Shown here: positions 20,961-30,286 of the stretch, in pieces | Numbering within the stretch: position 1 is the first letter of the stretch | Layout: every line of letters begins with the position of its first letter | Source of the DNA: Mycobacterium sp. | GTDB taxonomy: Bacteria; Actinomycetota; Actinomycetes; Mycobacteriales; Mycobacteriaceae | DNA: 64,000 bases | Direction of reading: 5' to 3' | Assembly: GCA_040398865.1 (NCBI GenBank) | Contig: JBBATG010000001.1 | Span: forward strand, 12,201-76,200 | The notes under the pieces: model-generated | Database searches by the model: none | The model's input: only the letters and a program-made list of their open reading frames with translations | Told to the model about the DNA's origin: nothing | Made by a program: the position numbers and the translations under genes

Positions 20961-22246
20961 GGTAACGAGCGCGCCGTAACCCCGCCGCCGTCGAGCAGCG
21001 CTCGACGCAGCATGTGCATCGCCACGGTGGTCGACCGGTCGCGGACATCTGCGCGTTCTCCCGGGATCTGCACGCGCCGTGTCACGGTCGGGCCACCACG
21101 CAGCATGACGCAGAACCACACCGTGCCCACCGGCTTGTCCGGCGTACCGCCCCCCGGGCCGGCCACGCCCGTGATCGCCACCGCCGTGTCGGCATCGAAG
21201 CGCTCGATCGCACCGGACGCCATCGCCTCGGCCACCTCGGCCGACACCGCCCCGTGCTCGGCGATCAGCGCCGGATCCACGCCCAGCACAGCGGACTTGG
21301 CTTCGTTGGCGTAGGCCACCGCGCCGCCGGCGACGTACGCCGAGGAGCCGGGCCGGTCGGTCAGGCGTGCAGCCACCAGACCGGATGTGCACGATTCCGC
21401 GGTCGCGATGCGACGGCCGGTGAGCAGCGCGGCCACCTGATCGTCCACCGAGGCGCCATCCTCGGAGAAGATCGCCTCGCCGTGGCGTTCGCGGACGAGC
21501 TCCAGTAGTACGCGGTAGGCATCGGCGCCGTGCGGTTCGTACCGGGTGACCATCTCCAGTTCGCCGCGCCGCAGACAGGTGGTGATCTCCAGCGCGTCGA
21601 AATCCGGGATGCGCTGGGCCTCCCGCAGGGTATCGGCAAGACCGGACTCGGCCACGCCGAACATCAGCACGGTGTCCTGCCGGTACACCGTCCGTCCGGC
21701 GATTGCGCGGGCCACCTCCTCAGTGGCCAAGGCCGCCGGCCACATACCCTGCAATTCCTTGGGCGGTCCCGGCAGAACCACCACCGTCGGGGTGCCCCCA
21801 ATCACCGCCCCGGGTGCGGTGCCCACCGGATCCAGTACGGCAGCCCCCTCGGGAACCATGGCCTGTTTGCGGTTGGCTTCGCGCACGGCGGTGGTGTCGA
21901 TGTCGGGGAACCGCGCCATCCACTTCGCCACAATGGCCGCGATCCGATCCTCCATCGCCTCATCGAGGCGCAACCCGCGACCGCAGAACCGGGCTACGCA
22001 GGACAGCGTCATATCGTCGGCGGTCGGGCCCAGCCCGCCGGTGGTGACGATCAGGTCCACGCCCTCGTCGCGAAGGAAGCGCAACTGCGCTTCGATATCG
22101 GCTTCCCGGTCACCGCAGATCGTGATGTGGGCCAGTTCCACCCCGAGTTCGAGCAGTCGGTCGGCCACCCACGGACCGTTGCGGTCAGCGACCCGCCCGG
22201 TCAGCACCTCGGTTCCGGTGACCAGGATCCCTGCGCGGGCGCTCAT
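20915..22246 (-). CDS. cinA: Competence/damage-inducible protein A (MoCF/pyrophosphatase + NMN amidohydrolase PncC)
   Basis: [44 protein letters not shown]. Confidence 0.95.
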   Translation of the reverse strand: MSARAGILVTGTEVLTGRVADRNGPWVADRLLELGVELAHITICGDREADIEAQLRFLRDEGVDLIVTTGGLGPTADDMTLSCVARFCGRGLRLDEAMEDRIAAIVAKWMARFPDIDTTAVREANRKQAMVPEGAAVLDPVGTAPGAVIGGTPTVVVLPGPPKELQGMWPAALATEEVARAIAGRTVYRQDTVLMFGVAESGLADTLREAQRIPDFDALEITTCLRRGELEMVTRYEPHGADAYRVLLELVRERHGEAIFSEDGASVDDQVAALLTGRRIATAESCTSGLVAARLTDRPGSSAYVAGGAVAYANEAKSAVLGVDPALIAEHGAVSAEVAEAMASGAIERFDADTAVAITGVAGPGGGTPDKPVGTVWFCVMLRGGPTVTRRVQIPGERADVRDRSTTVAMHMLRRALLDGGGVTARSLPHSADSPDSSFGSSR

Positions 22247-22911
22247 CGTGTGACGGTGGCGCCGGGAGCGCGCACCACCAGCGGCACAGCCGGGAACTGG
22301 GCGGCCATCTCCGAACGCGAGCGCCGCAGCGCGGCGGTCCCATAGCCCTTCTTGCGATGCGCGGGGTGTATCCAGATCCGCAGGTTCACCTCGCCGCCGG
22401 ACAGCTCACCGAAGACCATGCCGACTTTGTCCTCACCGTCCACGGCGACGAACCAGGCTGCCTCCTCGGCGCGCAAACGGGCGATGGCCGAACGGATTTC
22501 GTCATCGAGATCCCCCGCCGGGGAGCCGGACCCGTCCCCTGCCGCGCCGATCTCCTCGGTTCGTGCTGAGAAGATGTCGCGATCTGCCTCATGGGAGAAC
22601 GGCCGCAGTCGCAGGCTGTCATCGGCGCTGGCGGGCCGCTCACCGACCGCGAAGCTCAACTGGCTGTTCAGATCCTCCAGTTCGGCGGCGATGCGCCGGC
22701 GCGACTCAGAGGTCAACTGGTCGAAGGACATGTTCATGACGGCTTCGGCACCGATCCGCGGTGTGCCGAGCAGGGCCGTGATGGAGTCGATCGCGGCTGC
22801 CCGGTCAGGGGCGTCGACGATCGTGTCGAGCACCTCGTGGCGGCGTTCGAGTGCGGTCATCAGGGCATCGGCGATGGCGCGCCGGCTGACGGCACGGTCC
22901 TGTTCGGTCAT
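22243..22911 (-). CDS. GyrA C-gate-like helical domain fused to a GNAT acetyltransferase domain
   Basis: Residues ~9-82 align gap-free with the recalled GyrA segment [19 protein letters not shown]...[11 protein letters not shown]...; C-terminal [11 protein letters not shown] acetyl-CoA motif; ATGA overlap with cinA. Confidence 0.8.
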   Translation of the reverse strand: MTEQDRAVSRRAIADALMTALERRHEVLDTIVDAPDRAAAIDSITALLGTPRIGAEAVMNMSFDQLTSESRRRIAAELEDLNSQLSFAVGERPASADDSLRLRPFSHEADRDIFSARTEEIGAAGDGSGSPAGDLDDEIRSAIARLRAEEAAWFVAVDGEDKVGMVFGELSGGEVNLRIWIHPAHRKKGYGTAALRRSRSEMAAQFPAVPLVVRAPGATVTR

Positions 22912-23000
22912 GGGGTAAGCCTAAGCCGACCGCACCGCCGGCGTGACGACGAGCCACGTCACGCCCGGTGGCCTCGGTCCGCTCTGCCAAGATGTAGCCC

Positions 23001-25790
23001 GTGGCGAAGCGGATGCTGGCGATCTTCGCCATCATCGCGCTGGTGCTGTGCGCCGCGGATTTTCGCGCGCTGCCCCCGGCCCCGTCATCGCCCGCCGCCA
23101 CGGATACCGTGCTGGCCGACGGCTGGCGGCTGAGTTCGGCGCGCACGGTGACCGCCGGCGGGGCGGCGGTCTCCGCGGCCGGCTACGACGATTCGAGCTG
23201 GGTGCCGGTGCGCCGCATGCCGGGTACGGTGCTGGGCATCCTGCAGGACGCCGGGGTGTATCCGAACCTCTACTACGGCAAAAATCTGCTGACCGAGGTT
23301 CCCCAGGATCTGTACAAACAGGACTGGTGGTACCGCACCACGTTCAACGCGCCCGCGGGCCTGCGCACCTACCGGCTGGACTTCCCCGGTATCAACTACC
23401 GAGCCGACATCTGGCTCAACGGCCACCGCATCGCCGACAGCCGGGAGATCGTCGGCATGTACAACGCCCACGATCTCGACGTCACCGGACGGATCATCGC
23501 AGGAGGGCGAAACACCCTGGCGGTCAAGGTCACCCCGGAGCGCTCGATCCAGGACGTCGATGGTGTGGAACTCGCCGACAGTTGGTTCGACTGGATCAAC
23601 TGGCGTTACCTGGGATACCAGGCCGCCGGCACTCCCCCGGGATACCGGGCCACCGGCGCGACTCCCGGCAGTGGCATCTCCTTTGTGTCCGACCGTAACG
23701 CGGGCATCTTCAAGCCCGTGCGGTTGAGGGCCTTCGGCGCGGTGGATATCGGTCCGTCCGCGGTCAACACCGAACTACCGCTGCCCGATCTCGTCCATGC
23801 CCGGCTGACCGTGCACTCTCAGGTGCGCAACGAGACCGACGAACCGGTGCGCGGGGTGCTGACCGCCACCATCACTCGCCCGGCCAGACCCACCGTCACC
23901 GTTGCGGCACCGGTCTCGCTGGGCCCCCGCGAGCGTCGCGAGATCTCCCTGCGCCCATCCGATTTCGAACAGCTCACCATCGCGGATCCGGACCTCTGGT
24001 GGCCCCACACCATGGGTGATCCGGCCCTGTATGGCCTTCGCCTTGATTTCAGCCAGGGCCGCACCGTCACCACTTCGCGATCCCTACGCTTCGGGATCCG
24101 CACCGTCTCCGCCGGCCGCGACACGGACGGCCCGGGTGCCGGGGATGACGGTGGCGACTTCTACCTGCTGGTCAACGGTCGTGACTTTCCGGTCCGCGGC
24201 GCCACCTACACCCCGGATCTGCTGTATACCTACGACCCCGACCGCGACGCGGCGATCCTGCGCTACGTCAAAGACCTCGGCCTCAACATGCTGCGCCTGG
24301 AGTCCAAGATCGCCTCGGAACGGTTCGTCGAGATGGCCGACGAGATGGGCATCCCGCTGATGTACGGCTGGATGTGCTGCAATCAATGGGAACGCTGGCA
24401 GCAGTGGGATGCCGAGGACCGCCGCGTGGCTCAGGAGAGCCTGCGTTCACAGATCGACATGCTGGCCCCGCACGCCTCGGTCTTCCTCTGGGCCAACGGC
24501 AGCGACGGCCGCCCGCCTGATGAGGTGCTCGCCACCTACCGCCGGGTCCTGGCGGATGCGCATTGGCAGAACGCCGTCGTCGACACGGTGTCCGCGTTCT
24601 CCCGCGGCCCTGACGGCAAGCCGCTGTGGGATGGCATTCAGATGGCCGGGCCGTACAGCTGGCGTCCGCCCACCTACTGGTTCTCCGGACGCTATCCGGC
24701 CGCCCGCGGCGCGTCGGCCGAACAGGGCGACAACGAACACATCCCGCCGTACGCCAGCCTGCGCACGTTCATCCCGCCGGAGAAGCTGTGGCCGATCAAC
24801 GACACCTGGTACTTCCACGCCGGCTCCAACCAGCAGAACTCCACCCTCACCAACATCCGTCGGGTGATCGACCGGCGCTACGGTTTGTCGACCAACGCCC
24901 AGATGTTCGCTGACAAAGCCCAACTGGCGCATTACGAGTCCACCCGGGCCCAGTTCGAGTCCTTCGCCGCCGGCGGGTGGGACACGCACAAGATGACCGT
25001 CTACTGGATGCTCAACAGCCACTGGCCGTCGTTCTTCGGCAATATCTTCGACTACTACCTGCGGCCCGGCGGCGCCTACTACGGCGCTAAGAAGGGACTC
25101 CGCCCGTTATCGGTGGTGTTCGACTCCTACGCAACCGGCGACCGCCGCGAGGGCAAGGTGACCGTGGTCAACCAGGGCCCGGAGGCGAAAAGCGATCTGC
25201 GCGTGCGGGTCCGGGTCTACGACCTCGGCGGCAGGTTGCGTGAAGACCGCGCTGCCGACGGCATCGACGTCGATTCCGGCGCCGCGGCACCGGCGCTGAC
25301 GCTGGCACCGGGGCCCGCCGACTCCCCGGTGTTCTTCGTCCGCTGCGAACTGCTCGACAGTGCCGGCGCGGTGCTGGCCGAGAACGTCTACTGGCAGTCG
25401 CAGCGACCCGATGACCTCGGTCCGCGGTCCAATGACGCGGCGTTCGACACCAGACAGGTCAGTTGGGCCGATATGACCGCCCTGGCGGTCATGCCCAGGG
25501 CAGCCCTCGATGTCACGGCACGTCCCGGCGAGAACGGTGCGGTGAGCATCCGGCTGCACAACCCGACATCCCGGGTCGCTTTTTTCCAGCGGGCCGAGCT
25601 GCTCGCCGCATCCGGGAGGCCCGAGACAGCTGATGAGATCCTGCCCATCGAGTACGACGACAACTACGTCACCGTGTTTCCCGGTGAGACGGTCGAGGTG
25701 CGGGGCCGCGTGCCGGCGGGCGGCCCCGCACCGGTATGGGTGCGGGTCACCGGACACAACAGCGCGCCAGTGGTGGTTCCGGTGGGCTGA
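23001..25790 (+). CDS. Secreted glycoside hydrolase family 2, exo-beta-D-glucosaminidase (CsxA)-like
   Basis: Signal peptide; FPGINYRADIWLNG, NMLRLE, GWMCCNQWE, NGSD (Asp acid/base as in CsxA), SAEQG (nucleophile), YWMLN. Confidence 0.85.
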   Translation: MAKRMLAIFAIIALVLCAADFRALPPAPSSPAATDTVLADGWRLSSARTVTAGGAAVSAAGYDDSSWVPVRRMPGTVLGILQDAGVYPNLYYGKNLLTEVPQDLYKQDWWYRTTFNAPAGLRTYRLDFPGINYRADIWLNGHRIADSREIVGMYNAHDLDVTGRIIAGGRNTLAVKVTPERSIQDVDGVELADSWFDWINWRYLGYQAAGTPPGYRATGATPGSGISFVSDRNAGIFKPVRLRAFGAVDIGPSAVNTELPLPDLVHARLTVHSQVRNETDEPVRGVLTATITRPARPTVTVAAPVSLGPRERREISLRPSDFEQLTIADPDLWWPHTMGDPALYGLRLDFSQGRTVTTSRSLRFGIRTVSAGRDTDGPGAGDDGGDFYLLVNGRDFPVRGATYTPDLLYTYDPDRDAAILRYVKDLGLNMLRLESKIASERFVEMADEMGIPLMYGWMCCNQWERWQQWDAEDRRVAQESLRSQIDMLAPHASVFLWANGSDGRPPDEVLATYRRVLADAHWQNAVVDTVSAFSRGPDGKPLWDGIQMAGPYSWRPPTYWFSGRYPAARGASAEQGDNEHIPPYASLRTFIPPEKLWPINDTWYFHAGSNQQNSTLTNIRRVIDRRYGLSTNAQMFADKAQLAHYESTRAQFESFAAGGWDTHKMTVYWMLNSHWPSFFGNIFDYYLRPGGAYYGAKKGLRPLSVVFDSYATGDRREGKVTVVNQGPEAKSDLRVRVRVYDLGGRLREDRAADGIDVDSGAAAPALTLAPGPADSPVFFVRCELLDSAGAVLAENVYWQSQRPDDLGPRSNDAAFDTRQVSWADMTALAVMPRAALDVTARPGENGAVSIRLHNPTSRVAFFQRAELLAASGRPETADEILPIEYDDNYVTVFPGETVEVRGRVPAGGPAPVWVRVTGHNSAPVVVPVG

Positions 25791-25825
25791 CGCCTACCCT
25801 CGAGGCGCAGGCGGAAGGACGGATA

Positions 25826-26725
25826 GTGCTTGAGAAGGCCCTCGTGGTGGCTGCTGCTCTGGCTGGCTCGGTGTTCACCGCGATCGGGATCGTGGTGCGT
25901 CAGCGGGCGACGATGGACGTGCCGCCGGATCGCGGTGTCAGCGCGCTGATGCTCAAGACACTGCTGCGCCGGCCAGTGTGGTGGGCCGGCACCGGCGCCG
26001 CGGTCATCGGGTATCTGTTCTACGCCCTGGCGCTGGCCTACGGCTCGTTGCTGCTCGTCGCCCCGCTCCTGGTGGCGGCCCTGCTGTTCGCCCTGCCGCT
26101 GAGCGCGTGGGTGTCGCGCCGGCGGGTCACGCGCGCGGAGTGGGGCTGGGCCTGCATGCTCACCGCGGCACTGGCGGCGTTCGTCTCGCTGGCACGCACC
26201 GCACCGGGTGACTACGAGGGCACCGTGGTCCCCGCCGTCGCGGTCGCCGGCCTGAGCATCGTCTTCGTAGCGGTATGTCTGGTCGCCGCCGGGCGGTTCT
26301 CGGACTGGCGCCGTGCCATCCTGCTGGCCCTGCCGGTTGGCGTGCTGTTTGGCGTGGTCGCGGTGCTGACCAAGATCGGCACGCACATCCTCACCACCGA
26401 CGGGGTCGGCCGCGTCATCGGCTCGCCGGTCACCTACGCCCTGATCGCGACCGGCGTCGCGGCGACCCTGCTGCAGCAGTCGGCGTTCCATGCCGGTTCG
26501 CTGAGCGCATCGGTACCGGCCATGTTGGTGCTGGAACCGGTTGTCGCGGTCGCTCTCGGGCAGGTGGTGCTCGGAGAGCATCTGGTGGTGAGCACCCCGA
26601 GCGCAGTGGCACTGGGAGCGGCGCTGGCCGCCATGGCCGCGGCCACCATCGCACTGGGCCGCGACGAGGGTGCCTACGAGGATGAACTCGAGTCCGCAGG
26701 CCGGGGGGCCCGTGTCGGCGGGTGA
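25826..26725 (+). CDS. DMT superfamily membrane transporter
   Basis: Two hydrophobic repeats; GIVVRQRA, LRRPVWWAG, LLQQSAFHAG, LEPVVAV. Confidence 0.85.
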   Translation: MLEKALVVAAALAGSVFTAIGIVVRQRATMDVPPDRGVSALMLKTLLRRPVWWAGTGAAVIGYLFYALALAYGSLLLVAPLLVAALLFALPLSAWVSRRRVTRAEWGWACMLTAALAAFVSLARTAPGDYEGTVVPAVAVAGLSIVFVAVCLVAAGRFSDWRRAILLALPVGVLFGVVAVLTKIGTHILTTDGVGRVIGSPVTYALIATGVAATLLQQSAFHAGSLSASVPAMLVLEPVVAVALGQVVLGEHLVVSTPSAVALGAALAAMAAATIALGRDEGAYEDELESAGRGARVGG

Positions 26726-27434
26726 TCCGCTGGCCCAGATCGCCGCGGGCCCCGGCGGGCCGGAGGTCGGGGCGTTCTTCGACCTCGACGGCACCTTGGT
26801 CGCCGGGTTCACCGCCGTCTCGCACGCCGGCGATCGGATCCGCCGGCGGCAGGCCAGCCCCGGTGAGATCCTCGGCGTGATCGAGGCCACGGTGCGCTAC
26901 CGGCTGGGCCGTATGCAGTTCGACCGGCTGCTGACCAGGGGCGCGACCTACCTGCGCGGTGACTCGCTGGCCGAACTCGACGAGGCCGGTCGGCGCATCT
27001 TCGCCGACCGGGTGGTGCACAAGGTCTATCCGCTGATGCGGCGCGTCGTCGACGCGCACCGGGACCGCGGCCACACCCTGTTGATGAGCTCGTCGGCGTT
27101 GTCCATCCACGCCGAACCGGTGGCCCGCGCGCTCGGCATCGGCGAGGTCGTCTGCAACACATTCGAGCTCGACGACCGCGGGATGCTCACCGGCCGGGTG
27201 AACCGGCCGATCGTCTGGGGTGTGCGCAAAGCGTCCGCGGTGCAGGACTTCTGCCGCAGCCGCGGGGTCGAACTCTCGCGCAGTTACTTCTACGCCGACG
27301 GCAACGAGGACGCCCCGCTGATGGAACTGGTGGGCCACCCGCGGCCGGTCAACCCCCGCCCCGGACTGGCCGCATTGGCCGCCGCGAACGGCTGGCCGGT
27401 GCTGCGCATCGCCGCACCCCGCCGCGCGCGATGA
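26712..27434 (+). CDS. HAD-IB family hydrolase (SerB/PlsC-associated type)
   Basis: FFDLDGTL, MSSSA, YFYADGNED, PRPVNP. Confidence 0.9.
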   Translation: MSAGDPLAQIAAGPGGPEVGAFFDLDGTLVAGFTAVSHAGDRIRRRQASPGEILGVIEATVRYRLGRMQFDRLLTRGATYLRGDSLAELDEAGRRIFADRVVHKVYPLMRRVVDAHRDRGHTLLMSSSALSIHAEPVARALGIGEVVCNTFELDDRGMLTGRVNRPIVWGVRKASAVQDFCRSRGVELSRSYFYADGNEDAPLMELVGHPRPVNPRPGLAALAAANGWPVLRIAAPRRAR

Positions 27435-27470
27435 GCGGGCTATTTGACTGGGGCCCGCGATGAGCGGGCC
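27427..27470. repeat. 14-bp direct repeat with an embedded hairpin (REP-like) at a convergent junction
   Basis: CGCGATGAGCGGGC at 27427 and 27456; GGCCCGC-GATGA-GCGGGCC stem at 27452-27470. Confidence 0.6.
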
Positions 27471-27474
27471 GCTG

Positions 27475-28236
27475 CTACATCGCGCGGTGCGGCACGTCGG
27501 TGATCAGACCGCCGTCGACGACGTATTCGGAGCCGGTGGAGAACGACGACTCATCGCTGGCGAGGAACACCACGAAGGTGGCCACCTCTTCGGGAGTGCC
27601 GGCCCGGCCCATCGGAGCGGTCACCATGTCATCGGGCAGGTGCTTGGTCATGGGGGTGCGGATGAATCCGGGGTGGATGGAGTTCACCCGGATCTTCTCC
27701 GACGCCAGTTCCAGGGCGGCCGACTTGGTCAGGCCGCGCAGACCCCATTTGGAGGACACGTAGCTGTGCACCCAGGCCGCGCCGCGCATCCCCTCGATCG
27801 AGGAGATGTTGATGATGGACCCGCCGCCGGCGGCGATCATCGGCTCGATGACCGCTTTGATTCCGAGCATCGGCCCGGTGAGATTGACGTCGAGGACCTT
27901 CTGCCACTTCGACACATCGAGGGTCTTCAGCGGGCCCACCTGAACGATCCCCGCGTTGTTGACTAGGACGTTGAGTTTGCCGAAGGCCCCCACCGCGGTG
28001 TCGACGGCAGCCTTCCAGTCATCGGGACTGGTGACGTCGAGGTGCACGTAGCGGACGTCGTCGCCGAGTTCGGCGGCCAGGGCCGCACCCTCGTCGTCGA
28101 GGATGTCGCCGATCACCACCTTGGCGCCCTGCTCCACCAGCATCTTGGCGCTGGCTCCGCCCATGCCGCGCGCGTGCGCGCCGCCGGTGATCAGTGCAAC
28201 TTTGTCTTTGACTCGTCCGTCGTCTGCGCGTCCCAT
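27475..28236 (-). CDS. SDR, 3-alpha,20-beta-hydroxysteroid dehydrogenase-like
   Basis: LITGGAHARGMG, VHLDVT, VNNAG, NISSIEG, YVSSKWG, SIHPG. Confidence 0.88.
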   Translation of the reverse strand: MGRADDGRVKDKVALITGGAHARGMGGASAKMLVEQGAKVVIGDILDDEGAALAAELGDDVRYVHLDVTSPDDWKAAVDTAVGAFGKLNVLVNNAGIVQVGPLKTLDVSKWQKVLDVNLTGPMLGIKAVIEPMIAAGGGSIINISSIEGMRGAAWVHSYVSSKWGLRGLTKSAALELASEKIRVNSIHPGFIRTPMTKHLPDDMVTAPMGRAGTPEEVATFVVFLASDESSFSTGSEYVVDGGLITDVPHRAM

Positions 28237-28251
28237 GGGGCGTCAGGTTAC

Positions 28252-28265
28252 TAGAACCTGTTCCA
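28252..28265. promoter_or_regulatory. KstR operator
   Basis: TAGAACCTGTTCCA matches TnnAACnnGTTnnA at all fixed positions; lies between divergent genes. Confidence 0.75.
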
Positions 28266-28296
28266 GTTTCAGGCCGCAGTGCGCATACTGACCGTC

Positions 28297-29373
28297 ATGG
28301 CCATTCGCGTCGTTCACATCGGAACTGGAAACGTCGGTCGACTCGCGCTCGGAGAGCTCATCAGCAATCCGGCCTTCGAATTGGTCGGGTTGTGTGTGTC
28401 GACGCCGGAGAAGGTCGGCCGGGACGCCGGTGAGCTCGCCGGGCTCGACGTGACGACGGGTGTGAAAGCCGTCGGCGACCTGCAGGCCGTGCTGGCCGCT
28501 CAACCGGAGTGCGCGGTCTACTGCGCGATGGGCGACACTCGGATGCCTGAGGCGATGGCCGATGTGCGCACGATCCTGGCCGCCGGCGTCAATGTCGTCG
28601 GCTCGGCCCCGGGCATCTTGCAGTTCCCGTGGCAGGTGATGCCCGATAAGTACATCGACGCCGTCCAAACCGCTGGGCGCCAGGGTAATTCGAGCGTGTA
28701 CATCAACGGCGTCGACCCGGGCTTCGTGACCGATCTCATCCCGCTGGCGTTCGCCAGCACCTGCCGCAGCATCGAACAGGTCAGGTGTATGGAGATCGCC
28801 GACTACGCCACCTATGACGGCGCCATCGTGATGTTCGACGTGATGGGCTTCGGCAAACCGCTCGATGAGACGCCGCTGCTCTTTCAGCCGGGAGTGCTCA
28901 GCATCGCCTGGGGGTGCGCCATCCGCCAACTCGCGGCCGGGCTCAACATCGACGTGGATGCGATCACGGAGAGTCATGAGAGTGAGCCGGCGCCGGATGA
29001 TTTCGAGATCGCCGCCGGGCACGTCGCCAAGGGCACGGTGGCCGCCGTGCGGTTCGAGATCAAGGGCATGGTGGCCGGTCGTGAGGTGATCGTGGTCGAG
29101 CACGTCACCCGGCTCTCCGGTGATCTGCGACCGGACTGGGCACAGCCCGCCCAGCCCGGCGGCTCCTACCGGGTGGAGATCACCGGAGAGCCGTCCTTTG
29201 CCGTCGACATCTGCCCGACCAGTCGCTACGGCGATCACAACCATGCCGCCATCTCCGCCGCCGCGGGCCGGATCGTCAACGCCATCCCCGCGGTGATCGC
29301 CGCCGAACCGGGCATCCGCACCACCTTGGATCTGCCGCTGACGAGCAGCGTCAATCTGTTCAGCGGTGGGTGA
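28297..29373 (+). CDS. NAD(P)H-dependent amine dehydrogenase / DapB-like family protein
   Basis: HIGTGNVG, YINGVDPGF, VNAIPAV, PGIRTTLDLP. Confidence 0.8.
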   Translation: MAIRVVHIGTGNVGRLALGELISNPAFELVGLCVSTPEKVGRDAGELAGLDVTTGVKAVGDLQAVLAAQPECAVYCAMGDTRMPEAMADVRTILAAGVNVVGSAPGILQFPWQVMPDKYIDAVQTAGRQGNSSVYINGVDPGFVTDLIPLAFASTCRSIEQVRCMEIADYATYDGAIVMFDVMGFGKPLDETPLLFQPGVLSIAWGCAIRQLAAGLNIDVDAITESHESEPAPDDFEIAAGHVAKGTVAAVRFEIKGMVAGREVIVVEHVTRLSGDLRPDWAQPAQPGGSYRVEITGEPSFAVDICPTSRYGDHNHAAISAAAGRIVNAIPAVIAAEPGIRTTLDLPLTSSVNLFSGG

Positions 29374-29390
29374 CCCGATGTTCTCGCCGG

Positions 29391-29708
29391 CTACCCGAAG
29401 CCCACTACGAACCCGGGATACGTGCCGCCGTTGACATACTGCGACAAACACACCGCCCGCAGCACTTTGCTCCCGACACTGCAGTTGAGAAGCGCCGTCT
29501 GATCCGGTGCCGATCCGAGAACCCGCGACGGACGCTGTGGGATCGCGCAGTTGTCGATGTACGGATTGAACGGGGCGATGCCGTTGTAGCAGGGGGCGGT
29601 CGGCCTCGGATCCGGGGCGGCCGACGCTACCGTTGACGCACCGAGAAGGCCTATCGACGCCGAAGCGATAGCGATCGATGCCAGGATTGCGCCGCGGATA
29701 GCGTTCAT
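29391..29708 (-). CDS. Small secreted 4-Cys hypothetical protein
   Basis: Signal peptide ending VASA; PCYNG, DNC, LLNC, VCLSQY. Confidence 0.7.
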   Translation of the reverse strand: MNAIRGAILASIAIASASIGLLGASTVASAAPDPRPTAPCYNGIAPFNPYIDNCAIPQRPSRVLGSAPDQTALLNCSVGSKVLRAVCLSQYVNGGTYPGFVVGFG

Positions 29709-29783
29709 AGCGAACACCTGACCCTTCACGCGTCCTACGTTGGACGCAATGCCTATTCTACTCCGCGTTGCGGCGCGGCATCG

Positions 29784-30239
29784 ATGACGACGGGTGCGGT
29801 GGCCGCGGCCGCCGGGTTCCTGCTGGGCGTGCTCTGGATCGACCTCATGTTCGACAGCCAGGTCCGCTCCGGACGCGGTGTGCTCGACGAGTCCGTACTG
29901 GAGTCAATCGCCGGCTATTACCGCCGCGCGACGACCACCAGCCAGCCCCGGGGCGCGCTCATCGCGGTGGTGATGGTGGCCCTGCTCGCACTGCTGGGTG
30001 CCGAAGCGGTGACCGGTGACCGTCCCGGCTGGCTGCTGGTGCTCTCGGCGGGGTTGGCCGGCGGCCCGATCCTGCTGGCGTGGGTGCGGACGGTCGGCAA
30101 TGCGGTGCGGTTGGGCACCCGCCGGGACGACGCCGACGAACAGAGCCGCCTGGCCCGGGCGATCTACCGTGACCACCTGGTGTGCCTGGCCGCCATTGCG
30201 GCATTCCTCGCGCTGTGGCTGATCCCGGTACTAGGCTGA
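29784..30239 (+). CDS. Hypothetical membrane protein
   Basis: Four hydrophobic segments; LWIDLMFDSQV, IAGYYRR, IYRDHLVC. Confidence 0.75.
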   Translation: MTTGAVAAAAGFLLGVLWIDLMFDSQVRSGRGVLDESVLESIAGYYRRATTTSQPRGALIAVVMVALLALLGAEAVTGDRPGWLLVLSAGLAGGPILLAWVRTVGNAVRLGTRRDDADEQSRLARAIYRDHLVCLAAIAAFLALWLIPVLG

Positions 30240-30245
30240 GGAAAC

Positions 30246-30259
30246 TAGAACACGTTTCA
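30246..30259. promoter_or_regulatory. KstR operator
   Basis: TAGAACACGTTTCA matches TnnAACnnGTTnnA, 27 bp upstream of the Rv1894c-like gene. Confidence 0.8.
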
Positions 30260-30286
30260 GTCGGCAGCATCCCGGAGGAGCCGCTC

